Assembly (NCBI GenBank): GCA_965261585.1
Contig: CBDHDN010000078.1
Span: 5,640-69,639 of the forward strand
Origin: Alphaproteobacteria bacterium
Lineage (GTDB): Bacteria > Pseudomonadota > Alphaproteobacteria > UBA6615
Length of the DNA: 64,000 bases
Direction of reading: 5' to 3'
Shown: positions 60,890 to 64,000 of the stretch, in pieces
Layout: every line of letters starts with the position of its first letter
Position numbering within the stretch: the stretch's first letter is position 1
Notes under the pieces: generated by a model
Databases searched by the model: none
What the model was told of the DNA's origin: nothing
The model's input: only the letters and a program-made list of their open reading frames with translations
Translations under genes and position numbers: made by a program

Positions 60890-62569
60890 ATGGCCGCCTA
60901 CCAATACATCTACGTCATGAAGGGCCTGTCCAAGACGTACCCCGGCGGACGGGCCGTCCTGGAGAACATCTGGCTCAGCTTTCTGCCCGGCGCCAAGATC
61001 GGCGTGCTCGGCTACAACGGCGCCGGCAAGTCGACGCTGCTGCGCATCATGGGCGGTCGCGAGAGGGAGTTCCAGGGCGAGGGCTGGGCCGCCGAGGGCG
61101 CCAAGGTCGGCTATTTGGCGCAGGAGCCCGAGCTCGACCCGGCAAAGGACGTCTGGGGCAACGTCATGGACGGGGTTGCCGAGACCAAAGCCCTCGTCGA
61201 CCGCTTCAATGCGGTGAGCGCCCGCTTTGCCGAGGACCTGGACGGCGACGAGATGGAGCGGCTGATCGCCGAGCAGGGCGAGCTGCAGGAACAGATCGAC
61301 GCCGCCGACGCGTGGGACCTGGACCGCCAGATCGAGATCGCCATGGACGCGCTGCGCTGTCCGCCGGGTGAAGCGGACGTGGCCAAGCTGTCGGGCGGCG
61401 AGCGGCGGCGCGTGGCCTTGTGCCGGCTGTTGCTGTCGCGGCCGGATATGCTGCTGCTCGACGAGCCGACCAACCATCTCGACGCCGAATCCGTCGCTTG
61501 GCTGGAGCGTTATCTGGACGAATATCCCGGCACCGTCGTCGCCGTCACCCATGACCGCTATTTCCTCGACAACGTCGCCGGCTGGATCCTCGAGCTCGAC
61601 CGCGGCCGCGGCATTCCCTTCGAAGGCAACTACTCCGCCTGGCTCGGGGCCAAGGCGCAGCGGCTGGCCCAGGAGGAGAAGCAGGTATCGGCGCGGCGCA
61701 ATACGATCCAGCTCGAGCTCGAGTGGATCCGCCAGAGCCCGCGGGCGCGCCAGGCGAAGAGCAAGGCCCGGGTCAGCGCCTACGAGCGGCTTGTCGCGGA
61801 GAGCGCCGACGTGGCGCCGGGGTCCGCGCAAATCACGATACCACCGGGATCGCGCCTCGGCGATCTGGTCATCGAGGCGACGGATGTGCAGAAGGGTTAC
61901 GAAGACCTGCTGCTGATCGACGGGCTCAACCTCAAGGTGCCGCCCGGTGCAATCGTCGGCATCATCGGGCCGAACGGCGCCGGCAAGACGACGCTGTTCC
62001 GCATGATCACGGGGCAGGAGTCCGCCGATTCCGGCGTGCTGCGCATCGGCGACAGCGTCAGCCTCGGCTATGTGGACCAGTCGCGCGACGCCTTGGCCGC
62101 GGACAAGACGGTGTGGGAGGAGATCTCCGGCGGCCTCGATGTCGTGGAGCTCGGCGAACGCAGCGTGCAGTCGCGCGCCTATGTTTCCAGCTTCAACTTT
62201 CGCGGCACCGACCAGCAGAAGAAGGTCGGCCAGCTGTCGGGCGGCGAGCGCAACCGCGTTCACCTGGCAAAGATGCTCAAGTCCGGCGCCAACGTCCTGC
62301 TGCTCGACGAGCCGACGAACGACCTCGACGTCGATACCCTGCGGGCGCTCGAGGAGGCGTTGCTGGGCTTTGCCGGATGCGCCTTGGTGGTCAGCCACGA
62401 CCGCTGGTTTCTCGACCGCATCGCCACCCATGTGCTGGCCTTCGAGGGCGACAGCAGCGTCGTCTGGTTCGAGGGCAACTATCAGGACTACGAGGCCGAC
62501 CGGCGCGCTCGCCTAGGCGCCGAGGCCGAGCAGCCGCACCGGCCGAAGTTCAAGCGCCTGCATCGCTGA
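60890..62569 (+). CDS. ettA: energy-dependent translational throttle protein (ABC-F)
   Basis: 559 aa from [15 protein letters not shown]. Two ABC domains are joined by a linker, and the N-terminus is a characteristic EttA one. Confidence 0.9.
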   Translation: MAAYQYIYVMKGLSKTYPGGRAVLENIWLSFLPGAKIGVLGYNGAGKSTLLRIMGGREREFQGEGWAAEGAKVGYLAQEPELDPAKDVWGNVMDGVAETKALVDRFNAVSARFAEDLDGDEMERLIAEQGELQEQIDAADAWDLDRQIEIAMDALRCPPGEADVAKLSGGERRRVALCRLLLSRPDMLLLDEPTNHLDAESVAWLERYLDEYPGTVVAVTHDRYFLDNVAGWILELDRGRGIPFEGNYSAWLGAKAQRLAQEEKQVSARRNTIQLELEWIRQSPRARQAKSKARVSAYERLVAESADVAPGSAQITIPPGSRLGDLVIEATDVQKGYEDLLLIDGLNLKVPPGAIVGIIGPNGAGKTTLFRMITGQESADSGVLRIGDSVSLGYVDQSRDALAADKTVWEEISGGLDVVELGERSVQSRAYVSSFNFRGTDQQKKVGQLSGGERNRVHLAKMLKSGANVLLLDEPTNDLDVDTLRALEEALLGFAGCALVVSHDRWFLDRIATHVLAFEGDSSVVWFEGNYQDYEADRRARLGAEAEQPHRPKFKRLHR

Positions 62570-62574
62570 TTTCA

Positions 62575-62594
62575 GCCCCGCAGCAAGCCGGGGC
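62575..62594. terminator. short GC hairpin between convergent ettA and mlaC-like genes
   Basis: GCCCCG-cagcaagc-CGGGGC, a 6-bp stem with no clear U-tract. Confidence 0.25.
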
Positions 62595-62599
62595 GAGGA

Positions 62600-63256
62600 T
62601 CAGTTGAGGGCCGCGGCCGCGGCCTCGGCACGGGCCGAGTCGCGCTGTTCACGCAGCATCGACAACAGGCCGTTGGTCGTGCCGCCGTTCGCGCGGACCA
62701 CCGCGACGAACTCGTCGCGCTGGGTCGTCACCATGGAGATGCCTTCGACGAGGATGTCGGTGATCTTGTAGATATCGCCCTTGTTGGCGACGCGCCAATT
62801 GACGCGAATGGCGGTGCTGTCGCTGACATGGATGGCGCTGCGGACGAGGGCAGCGTTTTCGTCGGCGCGCGGGCTCTTGGCGTCGATCGCCTGGCTGACC
62901 TCGACACGTTGGCCGTCGAATTGGGAGAACTGACTGGCCCAGGTGGTGACGACTACGTCCTCGAACAACACAAGATACTCCTTGCGCTGCGCCGGCGATG
63001 CGCGCCGCCAATATCGGCCGTGGCTGAACCGGGCGATGCCGCCGACGGCAAAGTTGTCGGTGAACAGGCGGCGAAACTCGCCTTCACGCTCGGCCGGGCC
63101 GCCGAGCGTTTCGTCGGACAGGCTCATGACCGCGTTCTCGGCCATCTGCTTGATGAAGTTGGCAGAACCGGCGACGTGGTCCTGCGCCAGGGCCGTCGCC
63201 GGGACGAACCCGACGGCGAGCGCCAGGGCCAGGCGAAGGACGCGAAAGGGTCGCAT
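62600..63256 (-). CDS. mlaC: MlaC/Ttg2D-family phospholipid-binding periplasmic protein
   Basis: The signal peptide is MRPFRVLRLALALAVGFVPATALA, and the family pattern ..FDGQRVEV...WRV.....YKI.D...EGISM... is present. An alternative start lies at 63271. Confidence 0.7.
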   Translation of the reverse strand: MRPFRVLRLALALAVGFVPATALAQDHVAGSANFIKQMAENAVMSLSDETLGGPAEREGEFRRLFTDNFAVGGIARFSHGRYWRRASPAQRKEYLVLFEDVVVTTWASQFSQFDGQRVEVSQAIDAKSPRADENAALVRSAIHVSDSTAIRVNWRVANKGDIYKITDILVEGISMVTTQRDEFVAVVRANGGTTNGLLSMLREQRDSARAEAAAAALN

Positions 63257-63260
63257 CGCC

Positions 63261-64000
63261 TTATTGGGCATCGCCAAGGAACTCGACCTCGATCGTTGGG
63301 CGGTTCGTCGTTGCGTCGGCGGCGTCCGTGGGGCCGCCGGCCGGCACAATATCGTCGTCCTCGAAATCCTCGAATCCGGATATCGACGGTGCCGGCGCGA
63401 ATGAATCGACGTCGCCATTGTTGATCTCGCTGATCCGGTTCTGCCGATACAGGCTGCGGACCCGCGCGTAGAAGTCGACCGACGATTCCTGCAACTCGCG
63501 GATGAAGTCGATGTCCTGGGATCGCTGATCGACGACACCGACGACGGTGCGGCCGAGGGACGCCTGGCTGCCGATCACCAAGCGGCCGAGCGGATCCAGG
63601 AAAATGTCGGCCCCGCGTCCAAGGCCGTCGCGGAAGTTGGACGGGCCGAACAGCGGCAGCATCAGGTAGGGGCCGCCATTCTCGACACCATAGACGGCCA
63701 GGGTCTGTCCGGCATCCTCGACGAACGGGCGGCCGACGCCGACACCCGTGGCCAAATCGCCGAGCCACAGGGTCAGCATGTTGGCGAAGAACCGCTGGGC
63801 CGCGATGTCGGCGTTCTTCAGGTTGCCCTGAAGCAGGCTGTGCACAAAAATCAGCGGCATCCGCATGTTGTCGATCAGGTTGCGGATCGGGATCTTCCAG
63901 GGGTCGGGCCAGAGGTCGCGATAGGTGACGGCAAGGGGCTGCACGACGACGTATTCCAGCGTCATGTTGATCGCGAAGACCATGCGGTTCGCCGGCTCGG
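63261..64000 (-). CDS. mlaA: MlaA/VacJ-family lipoprotein, 5' end outside window
   Basis: Blocks NLIDNMRMPLIFVHSLLQG, FGPSNFRDGLG and an acidic C-terminal tail. The frame is open to the window edge. Confidence 0.75.
   Translation of the reverse strand, partial: EPANRMVFAINMTLEYVVVQPLAVTYRDLWPDPWKIPIRNLIDNMRMPLIFVHSLLQGNLKNADIAAQRFFANMLTLWLGDLATGVGVGRPFVEDAGQTLAVYGVENGGPYLMLPLFGPSNFRDGLGRGADIFLDPLGRLVIGSQASLGRTVVGVVDQRSQDIDFIRELQESSVDFYARVRSLYRQNRISEINNGDVDSFAPAPSISGFEDFEDDDIVPAGGPTDAADATTNRPTIEVEFLGDAQ

Overview
High-GC, alphaproteobacterial-type chromosome segment. Calls rest on by-eye motif and synteny reading; no searches were run. Two housekeeping blocks flank a roughly 34-kb mosaic accessory region that starts right after tRNA-Glu(CUC) at 11.8 kb. 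The left block (1-11.8 kb) holds serA, hisZ, purA, rpoH, rluD and ltaE. The right block (45.6-64 kb) holds a HisD-like gene, a sugar ABC operon, an LLM oxidoreductase, ettA and mlaC/mlaA. The accessory region contains six things. (1) An HK97-type prophage head-module remnant. (2) An IS21 element, two IS630 copies and a heap of nested IS fragments (IS3, IS21, rve, IS1380, IS6). (3) Three near-identical 1919-bp group II introns, with a fourth, unrelated intron further right at 47.1-49.0 kb. (4) An AT-richer gene for an NB-ARC-type STAND NTPase with an uncharacterised N-terminal domain (20.8-23.4 kb). (5) A CBASS-like locus at the window centre (29.9-33.5 kb): an XRE/CapH-like regulator with a truncated partner, a DUF2188-like ORF, a CD-NTase/SMODS-type nucleotidyltransferase with a C-terminal sensor-like extension, and a 2-TM ORF overlapping a SAVED-like ORF. 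(6) A decayed ICE-like helicase module. Many genes across the window are broken by frameshifts (often in homopolymer or simple-repeat tracts), short tandem duplications, a MITE or introns. This means either real genome decay or long-read consensus errors. The two candidate defence loci, the STAND NTPase and the CBASS-like cluster, are the most interesting targets.
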